From assembly GCF_001194135.2 (NCBI RefSeq), contig NC_068983.1, forward strand, positions 143,394,227-143,458,226: 64,000 nt of DNA, written 5' to 3'. The position numbers were made by a program, and so were the translations under genes. How positions within the stretch are numbered: position 1 is the first letter of the stretch; every line of letters starts with the position of its first letter. Of this stretch, positions 13,066 through 27,375 are shown in pieces. Under the pieces are notes generated by a model, which had not been told where the DNA came from, did no database searches, and worked only from the letters and a program-made list of their open reading frames with translations. This stretch comes from Octopus bimaculoides. Lineage: Eukaryota.

Positions 13066-16000
13066 TGTAAAATAGTTTGAGGGTAATTAGAAATAGATGG
13101 TAAATATCAACAAAGCTTTCCATCAACAACATGATATTCTGGTTCACTATGATGAGTTGCTAAGATTGCTTAAAAACATACATGGTAGTGTTTCAATTAG
13201 ATTACTGAACAACTAAAATTTCTTCTATGTATTTAAGATCTTGTATTAATATGCATAGCAACAACATACACTCGAGTCACAACCATGAAATGGGTTTTAC
13301 ATGAGAAGCAAAAACAGAAAGCTGTAATATTCTCATGCTTTATCCACTTCAAATGACACCAGCCATGAATCGAAAACTGATTATATACTTGTTGAGAGAT
13401 TACTTCTAATGTAAAACACTAACTAATAATATTTCTAATAATGAAGACCTATTGAGGAAGCATCAACATGGTCATTTGACCTGTTGGAAATAGCAAGCAG
13501 ACTGCCTTCAAACTACACCCAACAATCTTAAAAAGAATACTTTAGATACTGCAGTCTTAGATACGTCATAACTTGGATGAGAAAACCCAGAAATGGTCAT
13601 GACTGGAATGCCTTTAATCATTAGGTCCGATTGGTCAGAGTTGACTAGATTATTTCAGTTCTTATAAGATATCTCAGTGCTTAAGGGGTACAGAGCACAT
13701 GTTTCTGGAGCTGAGAATTTTATTAGAAAGATAATGCCTGCACTTCTAGTTTTCCATATTTTCTTTAACCCCAAGTATATTTCAAGCTGATTCTTGTCAG
13801 AAATGAAAATTAGACCATGGACTTTCACTACAACAAGCTGACCTCTTGACCAAACAGTCTTTACCTCCTCATTGATATGATAATGATTATATAAATTCAG
13901 CATAAGAAATTATATAGAAAGAAATAATTAGAATTTATTATTTTTCAAATCAAGACATTCAGAATAATTACCAAGTAATAATTACCAAACTTTAAAAATT
14001 CATGAGTTGACATACATAATAATTTAGAACTCATTAATTAAGAATATAAATTCAAAAATTTGGATTTCAAACTAATGTAAAGTTATTCATAATCATATTA
14101 AAAAATTAAGCTTGTATTAATTTAATGTGAATTCTTTTTCAGATGATTTATTTCAAATTTACAAGAGCAGAATATTTTTGCAGAGCTGCAATGCATAATC
14201 TTTAACCTTAATGTTTAACAAAGGTGACAATTATTAACCTAATTATGAGTATTCTTTCCCTTCTTCTCCATCATCAAAAAATAGGGCATGGTTCTCATTT
14301 TTAGTTGTTGCAAAGATTCTTTTAAGGAGATAAGATTGCTAAACTGGATATAGGGAGTGACTATAGAATTTCGCTTGAATGTTTGAAATAATCTATTCTG
14401 CCTCTCTAGAATGGATACTATGAGAATTTTAGAAAAAAATACATAAAAAGATAGCATAATAGAATTCTAATATAGAATCACTGCATGATGGGTTGTAATG
14501 TGTGGTTCTCAATTTCATGATACACAAAAAAGCATGATCATAACTAATGCCTTCAATCATAGATCTATTGTTGGTCATAACTTGTAACTAACCACCAACA
14601 ATAAACTTGGACCACAAAACCTCTGGGTTATTTAAATATTTCAAAGGCTACTTCACTGTTACAGTTTTGCACAAGAGACAGCCGACAACTCATCAACATT
14701 TAACAATAAGAAAATAACCTGTAGCAACTAGAGTAATGTGTTGGATTAAAACAATGTTTACCAAATTATGACGTTTACCTCTACTGGATAAATTAAATTC
14801 ATTCGAAAACGATAAATATCAAATTAAGTTCCAAACTGCCAAGTTAAATATTTAATGTTACACAAGTCTTTCTTTTTATTCAAGAGTAACTCTTAGCTTG
14901 ATTAAATCAAGAGTGAAAAATCTTTCTACTTGTTAAATGGAAGACAAAAATTGGTTTTAGGTTAACTGATCTTGCTGTTAGTTAAATCAAGAGTAAGATG
15001 GTCAGTTGACTTAAGGGATAGCTGGTTATATTACTCTGAAGAAGTTGTGTTGTATGTTTGGCCAAATACTTAGGTACAATTTACTTATTTACTATTACAC
15101 AGAAGCACAACTCAGACAGAGTGTAGGACCAGAAGAAGGCTTAACTTAGCACTAATTTTTTCAAGTTTTCCTCTGGTCCTAAATACAAACCTTTTTTTAT
15201 TGTTATAAAAGAGAAGGAAACATGATGTGCATGATATTTTGGAAAAGGTGACTGCAGGAAAAAACATAAGCATCAAGATATCTTTAGAGCATAGTCCAAA
15301 TTTAAATGCTTTCAACACAAAAAGTCAGGTAATGTTGGTGTTAGCGTTATTGCGAGATTAAGTCTGCCACCCAAAAAAGGTACCCAAGCAACCATATGAT
15401 GGTATTAAACCAAATAACCAATTAAGTCTACAATTTGTCTTCAGGGAGCTAAACACAGAGGGCATAAACAAGGACTGACAAAGGGATAAAGTCGATTACA
15501 TCGACCCTAGTGCGTAACTGGTACTTATTTAAGCAACTCCAAAAGGATGAAAGGCAAAGTCAACCTCAAGGGAATTTGAACTTAGAATGTAATGGCAGAC
15601 AAAATACCGCTAAGCATTTCACCCAGTATGCTAATGATTCTGCCAGCTTGCTACCCTTGGTCTCTATATTAAGACAACAAAGAATTATTCAGAGAGTTTG
15701 GCTCCTGTATTGCAGGTTTGATAGATGTATGAAAATTTCATTTTATGATGAGGGTAATAACTAGAAATATCTTGTTTAACGTAGGACGGAATATTCTAAA
15801 CTCAAAACTATAATCATATATCAAAGCAAACTCACAGAAATAAGAGAAATTCTAACCACAATTTGACAGACTTTTATAAAAATAACAAAAAATATGTACA
15901 AATAAAAAATGGCACCAACTCATTTGTTTTAAATATCTGTAGTACATTTTACTGAAATAATATGCAAAACAGAAGGTACTCTTTTACCTTAAACAACAAT

Positions 16001-17887
16001 GAATAGCTAGATAATTTATAGCATTAAGAACACTCATTAAATGGTTCAAAAGGAGCAAGGGTCCAATTAAGGACATAAGGGTTTTCATTTAATACTAAAA
16101 CAGATGACCTGACATTTAAGTCTATCAGATTAAGCATTAGATATTCCAAAGGCAACAGACAAGCAAAATCTTAATTCATATTACAGTGAAATAACATTAT
16201 GAGTTGTTAAGTAGAATCTGTTGGATAAAGTTACAATCTAAAGCAATAACCTTAATTCCATACTTTTCAGTAAAATGACACTTTAACATTCTGCAAGGCA
16301 AGGCTTGCTGGATATAATTTCTGTGGTATCCAACAAATGAAAAAAGGCAACAAAAAATAACTTGATAAACAGTGAAGAAGGTTGATAATATTTTCTAAGA
16401 GAAACTAATAAGGGTGTATTGTTAATGCCAGTAGTTTAAAAGTTCACTTTCCACTAAGTTCATCTCATTTTGAAAAGCATTTAATAACCACAGTTCTTTA
16501 TCCGAAGACACCCAAAAGAGCAAATGCCTAATATGGTGTAAAATACTTCTCAAAATATCAATGTACACTTGAAAATTCAAAATCAATAAAAACATGAAGT
16601 TAGAATCTATTATACAAAAATTAATGGTGATAATTTTTTTAGTCCCAGGTCAGCCTGTTACAGCAAACCTACAATCAAAAGCGTCCCTGTTGCAACCATC
16701 TCATCTATTTTCAACCAAAGTACATGTAGAACTACTTTTATCTAATGTGTACTTTCTTTAAAATAGAAAAATGGGATATAAGCAGACATGGGTGTAATTT
16801 CTAACAGTTTTAACAAGAGACTCTGCTAACTGAACACAAGGATAATTGCTGTTTAGCCACAAATCACCTTTGATTGGGCAGACCTTTGCTCAAAAGCATT
16901 CCAACCAAGACCATCCCATCCCATCTTATTTATGTCAGGCATAATGTTTCTGATACTTATTTTATCAACTCCAAAAGGATGAAAGGCAAAGTGAAAATTA
17001 CATGAAGATAGCAGGGCATGATATGAGGTAATAGAGCTGTCATTTTCAAGTAAATTCAGTGACCAGATAAAGACACCCCAGTTAGCCCAACAATACATAA
17101 CAAATCAATGAGGGATCCTCAAAGTGTACTCGAGAATTTTAAAAGTAGCAGCCAAATACTCCTTAGATTATGTTATATTACTTTTTAAAAAAATTATACA
17201 AAGAAGGCAGGCCATCTTTGATAATGTAGTTCTGGATATACTATATCAGAAAAATGAAAAAAACAAAAAAACAACCCAAGATTGTAATGTCTAGAGTGGC
17301 TGATCAGAAGGTCTACTTTATTAAGGTTGACTGACTGTGTGCATGTGTGTGTGAGGGGATAAACAGCCCTACATGGCCCTTTGCTGCTTTTAGCAAAGTC
17401 CATGTTGTTACAAACATTTGGATTAGGTCTCCAGTCTGAGAACTTTCACCAGTCATGGATGACCTGAGAAAGATCCTAAACACTGCCCTTCCTTCTATGA
17501 AAAAGCTCTTCATCATCTTTTAACATCCATTTTCTGTACTGGCATGGATTGGATGTGTATTAATAATAATCTCTTCTACTATAGGAACAAGGCCTGAAAT
17601 TTTGGGGGAGGAGACTAGTCAATTATGTCAATCCTAGTGATCAGCTGGTGCTTATTTTATTGAAAGGATGGAAAGCAAAGTCAACCTTGGTGAAAATTGA
17701 ACTTGGAATGTAAAAATGGATGAAATGCTTAGCAGCATTTTATCTAGCATATTACCACTTCTGCCAGCTTAACACATTTATAATAATTCGTTATAATTTT
17801 TGCACAAGGCCAGCAATTTTAATAGGCATCAAGTGGATTACCCCAACTAAGTACCCCCACCTTAAAAAAGCAAAAAAAAAAAAAAAC

Positions 17888-18039
17888 ACAGGCATGGCTA
17901 TGTGGTAAGCAGATTGTTTCTTAACCACATGGTTCCAGGTTTAGATTCACTGTGTGGCACCTTGGGCAAGTGTCTTCTACTATAGACTCATGCTGACCAA
18001 AGCCCTGAGTGGATTTGGTAGATAGAAACTGAAAGAAGC

Positions 18040-18115
<76 letters not shown>

Positions 18116-18310
18116 ATGTGTTTTTATGTCCGTTTGTACCCCAACCATCACCTGACATCCGATGTTGGTGTGTTTATGTCTTGTAACATAGGAGTTTGGC
18201 AAAAAGAGAATGATAGAATAAGTACGAGGCTAACAACGAATAAGTCCTGGGGTCGATTTCTTTGACTAAAAACCATTTAAGGCAGTGCTCCAACATGGCC
18301 ACAGTCAAAT
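17888..18310 (+). mobile_element. Near full-length SINE-like family B copy with internal (TG)n
   Basis: ggcatggctatgtggtaag..accacatggttcc..gtggcaccttgggcaagtgtcttctactatag..ggatttggtagatagaaactgaaagaagcc, then (TG)n ~18043-18112 and the 3' part ending aaggcagtgctccaacatggccacagtc. Confidence 0.75.
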
Positions 18311-18584
18311 GTCAAACATTAATAAAAAAAATGTAAAGCAATGTTTACTGTGGCAGAATTTAAACTTAGAAGGTAAAGAACTAGAAAAATGGTGCTAAGT
18401 GTTTGGTCTGACGAACTAATGATTCTGCCAGCTCACTGAGTAACAAAATGTTTATGCAACTATTAAATAAGACAAAATAATACACCCCATTTTGTTGTGG
18501 TTTCTTTTGATGTATTTTATAAAATATTAGCTCCAACTAGTGAAAAAAAAAAGGTTCTATTTTAAATGTCATTTTGGTATTTAC

Positions 18585-18614
18585 CAATGATGTTAAAATA
18601 CCAGAAAGAATCCA
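18585..18614 (-). CDS. Candidate 30-nt symmetric microexon
   Basis: cacagcttttcAG|TGGATTCTTTCTGGTATTTTAACATCATTG|GTAAAT; open in phase 0 (WILSGILTSL) and phase 1 (xDSFWYFNII). Confidence 0.2.
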
Positions 18615-19899
18615 CTGAAAAGCTGTGAGTGTGTAAGAAACAGTAACAATGGTAAATTGTAGCATTCTGGAATCTAAGCACATAATGAAATCTGCTATAC
18701 CCTTGTGCAATTGCATAAGTTAAGGAATAGTAAAAGATAAAAAAGGAAATGTATATAAAGCTAAGAATGACAGAATGCAGTGGTGTAGAATCTAGGTAAA
18801 GGAAATCAAAAATAGATCATTTTACTAAAATGGTGACAGTAAATCAATATATAATACTAAAGAAAAAAAAGCATACAAGAGAGAAAGTGATAAAGAGAGA
18901 AATAAATTTAAATGCAAAATAGAGAATTCTCAAAAAAAAAAACAATTAAAATAATAAACAGTAGTAGTGTCAGCAATCATTTGTAGTATCTCACAATCGT
19001 TTTATGGCAATTCTTTTAATGAAACCATTTAACAAGCTTCCTCTCAAATGAAGCACAAGAAGTTAAACAGTAACAATTGCTCCTGCTTGTAACAGGTGAT
19101 TTGTTCCTGATGCACTTTAATCTATGTGTTTGGTGAATGTGTAGAATTATATTCAGGATCAATACATACTGTTGTGGTGACCAACAGTTGCTACCTACTT
19201 AATGATATTAAAAATCTAAGCTTTTGTGTTGATGATAACCTGCTGTTTTGACTACAAAGCACTGTAATACACATCTCTTTCTGAATGTGACTTGCTATCT
19301 AAGTCTTGTCAATCAAAGTATCTGAGAAAAAAAATACACAGGAGAAGCTCCCTCTCAACATCATCAGTACCACCACCTGTTGCTTTCTTTATCTAAATAA
19401 GAAAGCCTTAGATAGATGCTGTGACACTCCAAAAGGCATTAGAAATATAAGGGAAGTTAAATAACTCTAAATGGAACTTGAAACGAGCTTTTAAATTTAG
19501 TTTCTCAAAGACTAACTTTTACTGAATGGTTTTCAATATTCTCATATATTATCAACACGAGACACACTGCATGGAACACCTTTGATCATAAATCTAGCCT
19601 GGGGCTAAACAGCAACATCAATACCGGCCAATATGGGAGCATCTCTGGAGTTACACAGCTTGTTTAAAACAGTAGCTAAATCTTTCACAAATTCCACTTT
19701 TTAAAAGACAAGATAATGTAGTTCTAAATATATCATAAACTGAATTAAAAAACAGAATGGTCATATTTGGAATACTTTTAATTATAGGACTGCATCATCA
19801 GAGTTAGTGTGGAGCTAAACAGTAACAATATTCACTATGTTTAGAATAAATAGAAATTAAGATGTCAAACAATAGAAGTTTAAAAGTGTGGCAGTGACT

Positions 19900-20860
19900 G
19901 GTACTTATTTTATTGACAATGGAAGAATGAAAGGTACAATCAATCATTGCTGAATTTGAACTCAACTAAATATGTTGCAGTTTTTAATAATGTCCCTTTA
20001 TTGTTCAACCATCAACCATCTTTAAGGGTTTCTAATATAGACACAAGATCAAGAATTAGGGACAAGGCTTAGATAATTAAATAGATCCTGGTGTTGCCAT
20101 CCGGTTTCACCAGTCCTCAGTCAAATCGTCCAACCCATGCTAGCATGGAAAGCGGACGTTAAACGATGATGATGATGATGATCCCAGTTCTTGACTGGTA
20201 CTTTATTGGACCCCAAAAGGATAAAATTTCAAGTTTATCTTGGTGGGATCTGAACTTAGAATATAAAAAGCCTGGACAAATACTGCAGGGCATTTTTCTG
20301 ATGCTCTAACAATTCTGCAGCGTTACACACTTATAATTCTTTGTAATTTTGGCACAAGGACAGCTATTTGAGGGGAAAATAATCCCAATACTTGATCAGT
20401 ACTTTATTTTTTCAACTCCAAATGGATGAAAGGCAAAGTTGACCTCAGCAGCATTTGAACTCAGCACAAAGGACCAAGTGAAATGCTGCTAACCAATTTC
20501 TCTGTCATAGACAATATTCTAAGCAGAAAAAATGTCAGTACTTGACTAACATTTTATTTTATTAACCCTAGGAGCATGAAAGACAAAGTTGACTTTACCT
20601 GGATTTGAACACAGAGCATGAGTCAGAGAAAAATATAACAAGGTATACAATGTGGCAACATAGTTCAGGCTGAAGTAATTTGTTGAGTTTTTCCAGTGAA
20701 TTACTTTAGACTGTGCCCTTTCTCAGTTTCCTTCCTCCTACTTAGGAAAGCATGCTCAAATTTGGTCCATTTAGACTCATCACTCCTGCCAAAGTCAACC
20801 CTTGGTGGAATTTGAACTCAAGACATAAAGATTCTGCCAGCTCGCTACCTTCATAATAAT
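19900..20860 (-). mobile_element. Cluster of family A SINE-like copies with a nested RTE tail (20088-20181, +)
   Basis: At least five (g)aaaggcaaagttgacc...atttgaactcag units; an RTE tail interrupts one of them with gatcc at both junctions. Confidence 0.7.
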
Positions 20861-21639
20861 AATAACGATGATTATATATCTATGTCAAAAGGATCTGCTA
20901 AAAATATTGGGACATTACTAGAGAGACAGACTGACAGAAATGTTTTTGCTTCTTTACATTATGACCTATAATCCTTCCTTAGATTATGAGCTATAATAAT
21001 CCAGCCAGAGCCAACTTTCCTTTATATCCTATCAGAATCAATAGGATAAGCAGTAGTTATGTACTAGTATCAATTATATTGACTGTAGCTTTCATGTATA
21101 ACATTTCTGACCTCATGTCAATGTAAGAAATCATTATTGGAACACTGCTGAACATCCTTCATTGAATGGATAATGTATTGACAGCTGTTGTTTAGCCCCA
21201 GGTTAGCTCAGATCAAGCAGGTTTATGACTAAAAGAAGACCAGCTGTGACAATCCTGTCTTTTTATGCATCAGGTACTTCATTGCCCAAGGTGTCCTTCT
21301 TTCCACAAGAAATTAGGGTGTTATTTGAAGATTTGGTTACTACTACTCAGAGTTTTAGTGGCCAGTTTGAAATGTTTCAGTGACAAAGAGCAAAATATAT
21401 TTTATTGATGTGTACAGAGATTTAACCCAAAATACAATCAGCTAATTTCTACCAAGAGACATTCTCATCACCCATACAAAGATGTGATAGGATGGAAGTA
21501 CAAGATTATAATTAACCTCATATTTGCATCTCTGTTTCAACATTTACAGTATCTACACTATTTCAATCAGTTTGATCACTGATCATCATCAGCTGTTTTA
21601 TTATTAAATGTGTACACAGTACCAGGCTGAATTCTAACT

Positions 21640-21930
21640 CGGAACCTTTGGTATGAAGTTTGCTTCCCAACTACATGGTTTCAGGTTCAGTCCCACTGTG
21701 TGACACCTTGGGCAAGTGTCTTCTACTACACTCCCGGGATGATCAAAACCTTGTGAGTGGATTTGGTAGATCGAAACTGAAAGAAACCTGTTGAGCATGT
21801 ATGCACTTGCATGCGTGCATGCATGTGTGTCCCACGACCATTTGACAACTGGTGTTGGTGGGTTTATGACTTGTAACTTAGAAGTTCGGCAAAAAGAGAC
21901 GATAGAATAAGTATAAGCTTGAAAATTATC
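21640..21930 (+). mobile_element. SINE-like family B copy
   Basis: gcttcccaactacatggtttcaggttcagtcccactgtgtgacaccttgggcaagtgtcttctact...ggatttggtagatcgaaactgaaagaa. Confidence 0.75.
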
Positions 21931-22142
21931 TCTAAAGCTGATGTCAATAGTCTGAAAAATGTTATTAACATTTTATTTTAAACATTTAACCGAAAAGTAT
22001 GCTTCACATAGATTAACGAAATGGCACATGCTGTGAGAGAATAAATTCATTACAGTTCTACATTGAAAAGTTATAGTTTAGACTTAGTTTCACACATTTT
22101 TTTTCATTATTGAAGCCATTAAATCTGATAAGAAAAAAATGA

Positions 22143-22143
<1 letters not shown>

Positions 22144-22210
<67 letters not shown>

Positions 22211-22270
22211 NNNNNNNNNNNNNNNNNNNNNNNNNNNNNNNNNNNNNNNNNNNNNNNNNNNNNNNNNNNN

Positions 22271-22328
<58 letters not shown>
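22144..22328. repeat. (GA)n microsatellite spanning an assembly gap
   Basis: Direct sequence; accounts for ORFs 22058-22447 and similar. Confidence 0.95.
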
Positions 22329-22330
<2 letters not shown>

Positions 22331-23569
22331 CAAAGAATATAGAGATGGTGATTTTCTGTGTGCATGTGTGTGTGTGTATGTATCACACACACACACATAG
22401 AAATAGAAAAGGAAGGAAATGAGTGAAGGAAAAAATGATAAGAACAATGGAAGACAAAAAAAAGCTACAAAAGCATCTCACATGTACACACACACACACT
22501 TGTAAAATGAACCTCCATCTGTTTCGTCGATGAGTGTTTCAATTGTTCCTTCAATGGAATAGCCTATTTACTGAGTGAACATTTAAGTGGCTGAGTATTC
22601 CACAGACATGTACCCTTAACATAATTCTCAAGGAGAGCTAGTGTGACTGCATAATAAAGCTGGTCCTTTGATTTATAACTATAGTCCACTATCTGACAGG
22701 TTCCCTAAGAGCTTATATATAAAGAGAGCGGTGGAAGGGGTGGAAGGGAGATGAGAGGGAGATTTGGGAGAGATAGAAATATGCAAAGATAGACATAATT
22801 TTCTATACATAGTACATCAGACATTTTTTTAAACCCCACCTCCACCCGCAAGAAACACCCAAAATGAAATCTTGTACTTTCTAAGATTATAAGGAAGAAC
22901 AGGTCAGAAATTAATGAATTTATTTTGACATAATGATATTGTTGTTTCATGCTTTTGCCGCTTATATTTCTGCTGATTAGATAATTTCTACAAGAACATG
23001 CATTTCTGAGGTTGCTTTGATTTATCTTCTAAGATTTCTGTAACAGAACAGAGATAAAGCAGCAGCTAGAAGAAGTTATTTAACCATGAAATTCATTCTG
23101 TTATCATCAATGCTGCTACATAAAACAAGAACCAATGTAGTTTATGTTTTTGAGAGTGGCAAGATCAGTAGAATAGTGAAGAGTAGAACGATGGTTTAAA
23201 CACCTAGTGATATTAAGCTATGTCCCTTTACACTAGGAGTTTAAAATCCACTAAGTCAACTTATTTTATCTTTTGGGGAAATAAGTATTAGTCAGGTGCT
23301 GGAGTCAATACATTCATTCACCCTGATCTGTGGTCCCCAAACTTTTTTGCACCATGGACTGATTTCATTCAGGAATTTTTCCACAAACCAAGGGATCACA
23401 TTCATAATAAAGTGTATAATATATAATTTAATTATTACATATATAATGCACAAAACCTTGCAAACTGTGATAGTCAATAAAATAGAAAGAAAATTTTAAA
23501 ATTTGTTTCCGTGCAGCCTAGAACCAAATGGTTCACAGCATAGTACTGCAGCATGGCCCAGACTAGATG

Positions 23570-23745
23570 ATTGTACCTGCGTAAAATGACATTCTGAGTT
23601 CAAATTCCACCAAGATCAACTTGGCCTCTCATCCTTTCAGGGTCAATATACAATTATACAATGTCTAGTACTGGGGTTGATATAATCGACTAACCCCTTC
23701 CTTAAAATTGCTGGCCTTGTGCCAAATTTGAAATTGTAATAGTAG
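23570..23745 (+). mobile_element. Family A SINE-like copy with core CpGs deaminated
   Basis: gagttcaaattccaccaagatcaacttggcctctcatcctttcagggtcaata versus the intact gagttcaaattccgccgaggtcgactttgcctttcatcctttcgggg at 53257. Confidence 0.8.
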
Positions 23746-24851
23746 CAGCAGCCTAAAGTTATGAATGCTTAAATAATATAACTTTAAATCAATTTTACAA
23801 ACTATTGACTCTTCTCTTCACTCAATTACTAACACTGTTGAAAGCCTGCTTTAAAAATTAAGGTCCTGGCTTAAAGAAATACAAAATAAAATGACCTTAA
23901 GGGAAATAATTCAAATGAGCCAATTCCATATATTATGATAAAATGAAATTGTGAACTGAACACTGCACACACAATTAGTAATTAATTGAGATTTCCTCAG
24001 GACTGGAGAAAGAAAATCAAAACCTAGCAGCAACAGTTAGCAAATCTCAAAGAAAAAGGGAGAGACATTCAAGAAATTATAATTTAATCACTCAAAAGTA
24101 ATAAACATGCTCAGCAGTAGGAAAGTTTGACCAATGAAGGCAATTATGGACATGTTTCAGTCTGCTAGATCTCACCCACATCTTATAACAAAGCCTGCCA
24201 TTCATTTGACAGAGTTTTACAGATAGTAAAATAGTCACTAAAAATTTCAAGCTATGTTTATATTTTCTTTTTGCAATAAAGAGGGAAATTTTAATCATTT
24301 TTCGCATATGATTTCTGAGCACTCACTCACACCGATCCACTAATGATGATGATGATAATAATAATAATCATAATGAAAGAAACAAAATAGAACCAATACA
24401 TGTGTTTATTTTTAACATAATGACCCTTCCAAGATATAACAAAATAATAATTCATCCAAACTCAGAAACATCACTTTTGAAATAGAAGCATTTACAATAC
24501 CCATAACATTATATGCTTATGTTTCAGGTTAGTGGCCAGATCATAGATGTACAATAGAACCTTCTGATACTCTATGATATACAATACAACAAGAAAATAA
24601 AACAGTGAACATAACCTAAGTGTAGGTATTTTAAATGACTCAGGAGTCATCAGTAAACGTCTTGCACTTGTAAGTATATGGGATATTCTTATTCTACAAT
24701 TAACTACACTATAGGGACATTGAAAAATTTCATGCACTGTAAAATAGTATTTTTATGCAGGTCTTGTAGAACCTTTCCATCACCCCTCCTCCAGCTCTAA
24801 ATTATACTCATTGCAGAATTTGAATTCAGAACTTCAAATCAACAAAGTGTT

Positions 24852-25207
24852 ATATAGCTAAAAAATTACTATTTTTAAATCTCACAATGGGAGATATTCA
24901 GCAACAGTACTTTGGAGTAAAGATTGTTTGCCAACATAACATAGCAGTCCTGGTTTAGGACGAATGTTGCTGTAATTTAGTCCCTTTACCAGCACTGAAC
25001 AATTGTTCGGCTAAAGGTGGCGCTGCCAAATTCCCATTCGAAATATATAGTTTTCAAAGTGACAATTAGTCACTGATCTATAAATTAGAAATTACTATTT
25101 TTAAATCTCACGAGAGATATTCAGCAACAATACTTATGAGTAAAGATTGTTTGCCAACATAACATGGCAGTCCTGGTTTAGGACGAATGCTGCTGTAATT
25201 TAGTCCC
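24852..25207 (+). repeat. ~125 bp direct repeat pair
   Basis: aattactatttttaaatctcac...gagtaaagattgtttgccaacataacat.gcagtcctggtttaggacgaatg.tgctgtaatttagtccc at ~24863-24983 and ~25091-25207. Confidence 0.85.
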
Positions 25208-25944
25208 AGAAGATATCGTCTCCAGCTGGCTATATGACACACTCCGTGTCCTTTTATTTTCGAACAAGGGAATCTAGCACCCCCACTCGGCTCAAAACAA
25301 TATCTGTGTATCGCAATATCTGTGTCATATAGCTATCCAGTATTCCAGCTGGTTACTAAGGTACTTTCCTATAAAATGAACTAAAGTGAACTGAACTAGA
25401 TATACACATTGGAAGACACATTTGAACAGACAAGCTAATGAAGAAGCCTATATATGGTTGTTTAACATGCTAAAAGTTCCAGCTAAATTCCCCTCAGATC
25501 AAATCCTACCATCCTAAAAATGGGAAAGGCACATTTGATAATTTATTCCTGGAAATATTCCCTAAAAAGATGGAGTGGTTGTGATTGAAAAGACATAGGT
25601 CTATTCAACAAGGGTTGACAAAGTGTAACACACCCTGTTAATGTGATTGAGGCCCAAAACACTTTAGACTGTAGGTGGCACTATGTTTTGCTGGCTTTCA
25701 TTGTGTTAATGCATGTAGAGTAAACCCACTTGGGTGTATCTCTTTCCAAGATATCTCCCTGAGAGCATATGATCTCAACACTAAACTAACATAACACTTG
25801 TCCATTTTACAATGCTCCTACATATGAAATCTAACAAAATCCTTCGTATTTAGTTACCACAAAAGGACTTTCTCTAAACAACCTTATAATTTGTGAGAGG
25901 GTTAATTTAAGTATTTAATGTTTATCATTTAGTTATTCTGTTTT

Positions 25945-26240
25945 GATAACAATGAATTTATCATATACAGTGCTCAGGTGCACTGCAATTCGGAAAGAGA
26001 GTAAAAGAGGGAACAGAAAGCAGTAATAAGTTAAGACAGCAATGATAATCAAAAGTACATGAATGGTATACAGGATAAAACATACAAGAAGTCAGAAAAG
26101 TAAAAGAGCCATAAAGAGGGTGCATAGATACATTAGGAGGATGGTTGGAGAATTTTGGGAAGCATAGAATTTTTGAAAAATATACTACACTGTTTTTTTA
26201 ACAGTTGTGAGAAAGAAACATTTTTCTGGGTACATGCCAG
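25945..26240 (-). mobile_element. Probable CR1/L2-type LINE 3' end
   Basis: Minus strand ttcaaaaattctatgcttcccaaaattctccaacc..taa followed by a pyrimidine-rich UTR; resembles CR1 C-termini as recalled, and is decayed. Confidence 0.4.
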
Positions 26241-26559
26241 TATATCATAGATCATCAGATATAACAGCAAAATTGAAATTAAAAAATGCCAATATAAATT
26301 ATATCAACAGGAAAAATAACTAAAAGATTCAAGTTTATATTGGCACAGCTGAGAATGAGTGAGAGTGCAAGTCAGAACTCCACATGTTACTAGTCCTTCA
26401 ATGATATAGTGTACTCAACCAGCCTATATTTAAGATTGCCAACTACCAGACCATTTGACCTGTCAGAAACAGCAGTTAAATATCCTTCAAACCTCACAAC
26501 CATCAATATTTCTGACAGAATAGGCACAGCTGAAATACCCTTAATAATAAAGAAATGAA

Positions 26560-27375
26560 GAAAGTACATTTTTCTTGTTGTGCAATGTCAGTGTGGATGC
26601 ATGACAGAGTGTAAACGTCTTGAGAGAAAAGTTGGGCATAACAGGCATAGGACGTGGTGTGCAAGAGAGACGATTGCATTGGCATGGCCATGTGATGTGT
26701 GTGGATGCAGACAGCTGTGTGAAGAAATGCAAATTTCTATCAATGGAAGGAAGCTGTGGAAGAGAGAGACCCAGAAAGACATGGGATGAGGTAATGAAGC
26801 ATGACCTTCAAACGATGGGCCTCACAAAAGCAATGACTAGCGACCAAGACATTTGGCGACATACCGTGCTTAAGTGAAATCATAGTTGTGGCTGTTGTTG
26901 GTGTCACATAGCTGCTTGCTGTGTCTATCTACTATTTATCAGAAGTGGAACAGCCCACTTCTCACTTGGGGGTGTCTGTCACAACAGAGGCAATGAGGCC
27001 AATGCTGGAGTCGCAGAACTAGCAACTATACTGGTGGTACGTAAAAAGCACCTTTCGAGCACTGGGCCTCACGGAGGCAACAACAAATGACCGAGACCTT
27101 TGGCAATATGTTGTGCTTGAGAAGGAAAATCCATCAAGCCAAGTGAAATCATAGTTGTAGCAGATACTAGGGTCATGCAACTGGCACCCATACTGGTGGA
27201 ACGTAAAAGAACTTACTTCACTCTTGGAGTGATTGGCATTAGGAAGGGCATCCAGCCATAGAAGCCATGCCAAATCAGACTGGAATCTTGTGCAACCCCT
27301 CAGCTTACCAGCCCTGGTCAAACTATCCAATCCATGCCAGTATGGACAACACGTTTGGTGAGGATGATGAATAGT
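26560..27375 (+). mobile_element. 5'-truncated RTE LINE (C-terminus and 3'UTR)
   Basis: ORF 26620-26877 LREKLGITGIGRGVQERRLHWHGHVMCVDADSCVKKC..EGSCGRERPRKTWDEVMKHDL, followed by the family 3'UTR. Confidence 0.85.

Noticed and set aside
15210-15328. Plus-strand open exon-like segment ending AG|GTAATG
   Set aside because: Isolated, no recognisable product and no partner exons on that strand.
18044-18265. Low-complexity ORFs (CVCV, ERER, IYIY) here and at 22058-22447, 44539-44787, 45182-45493 and 54342-55179
   Set aside because: Translations of microsatellites and N gaps.
19238-19320. Minus-strand exon after a ttttttttctcAG acceptor
   Set aside because: Stops in all three frames and a weak donor.
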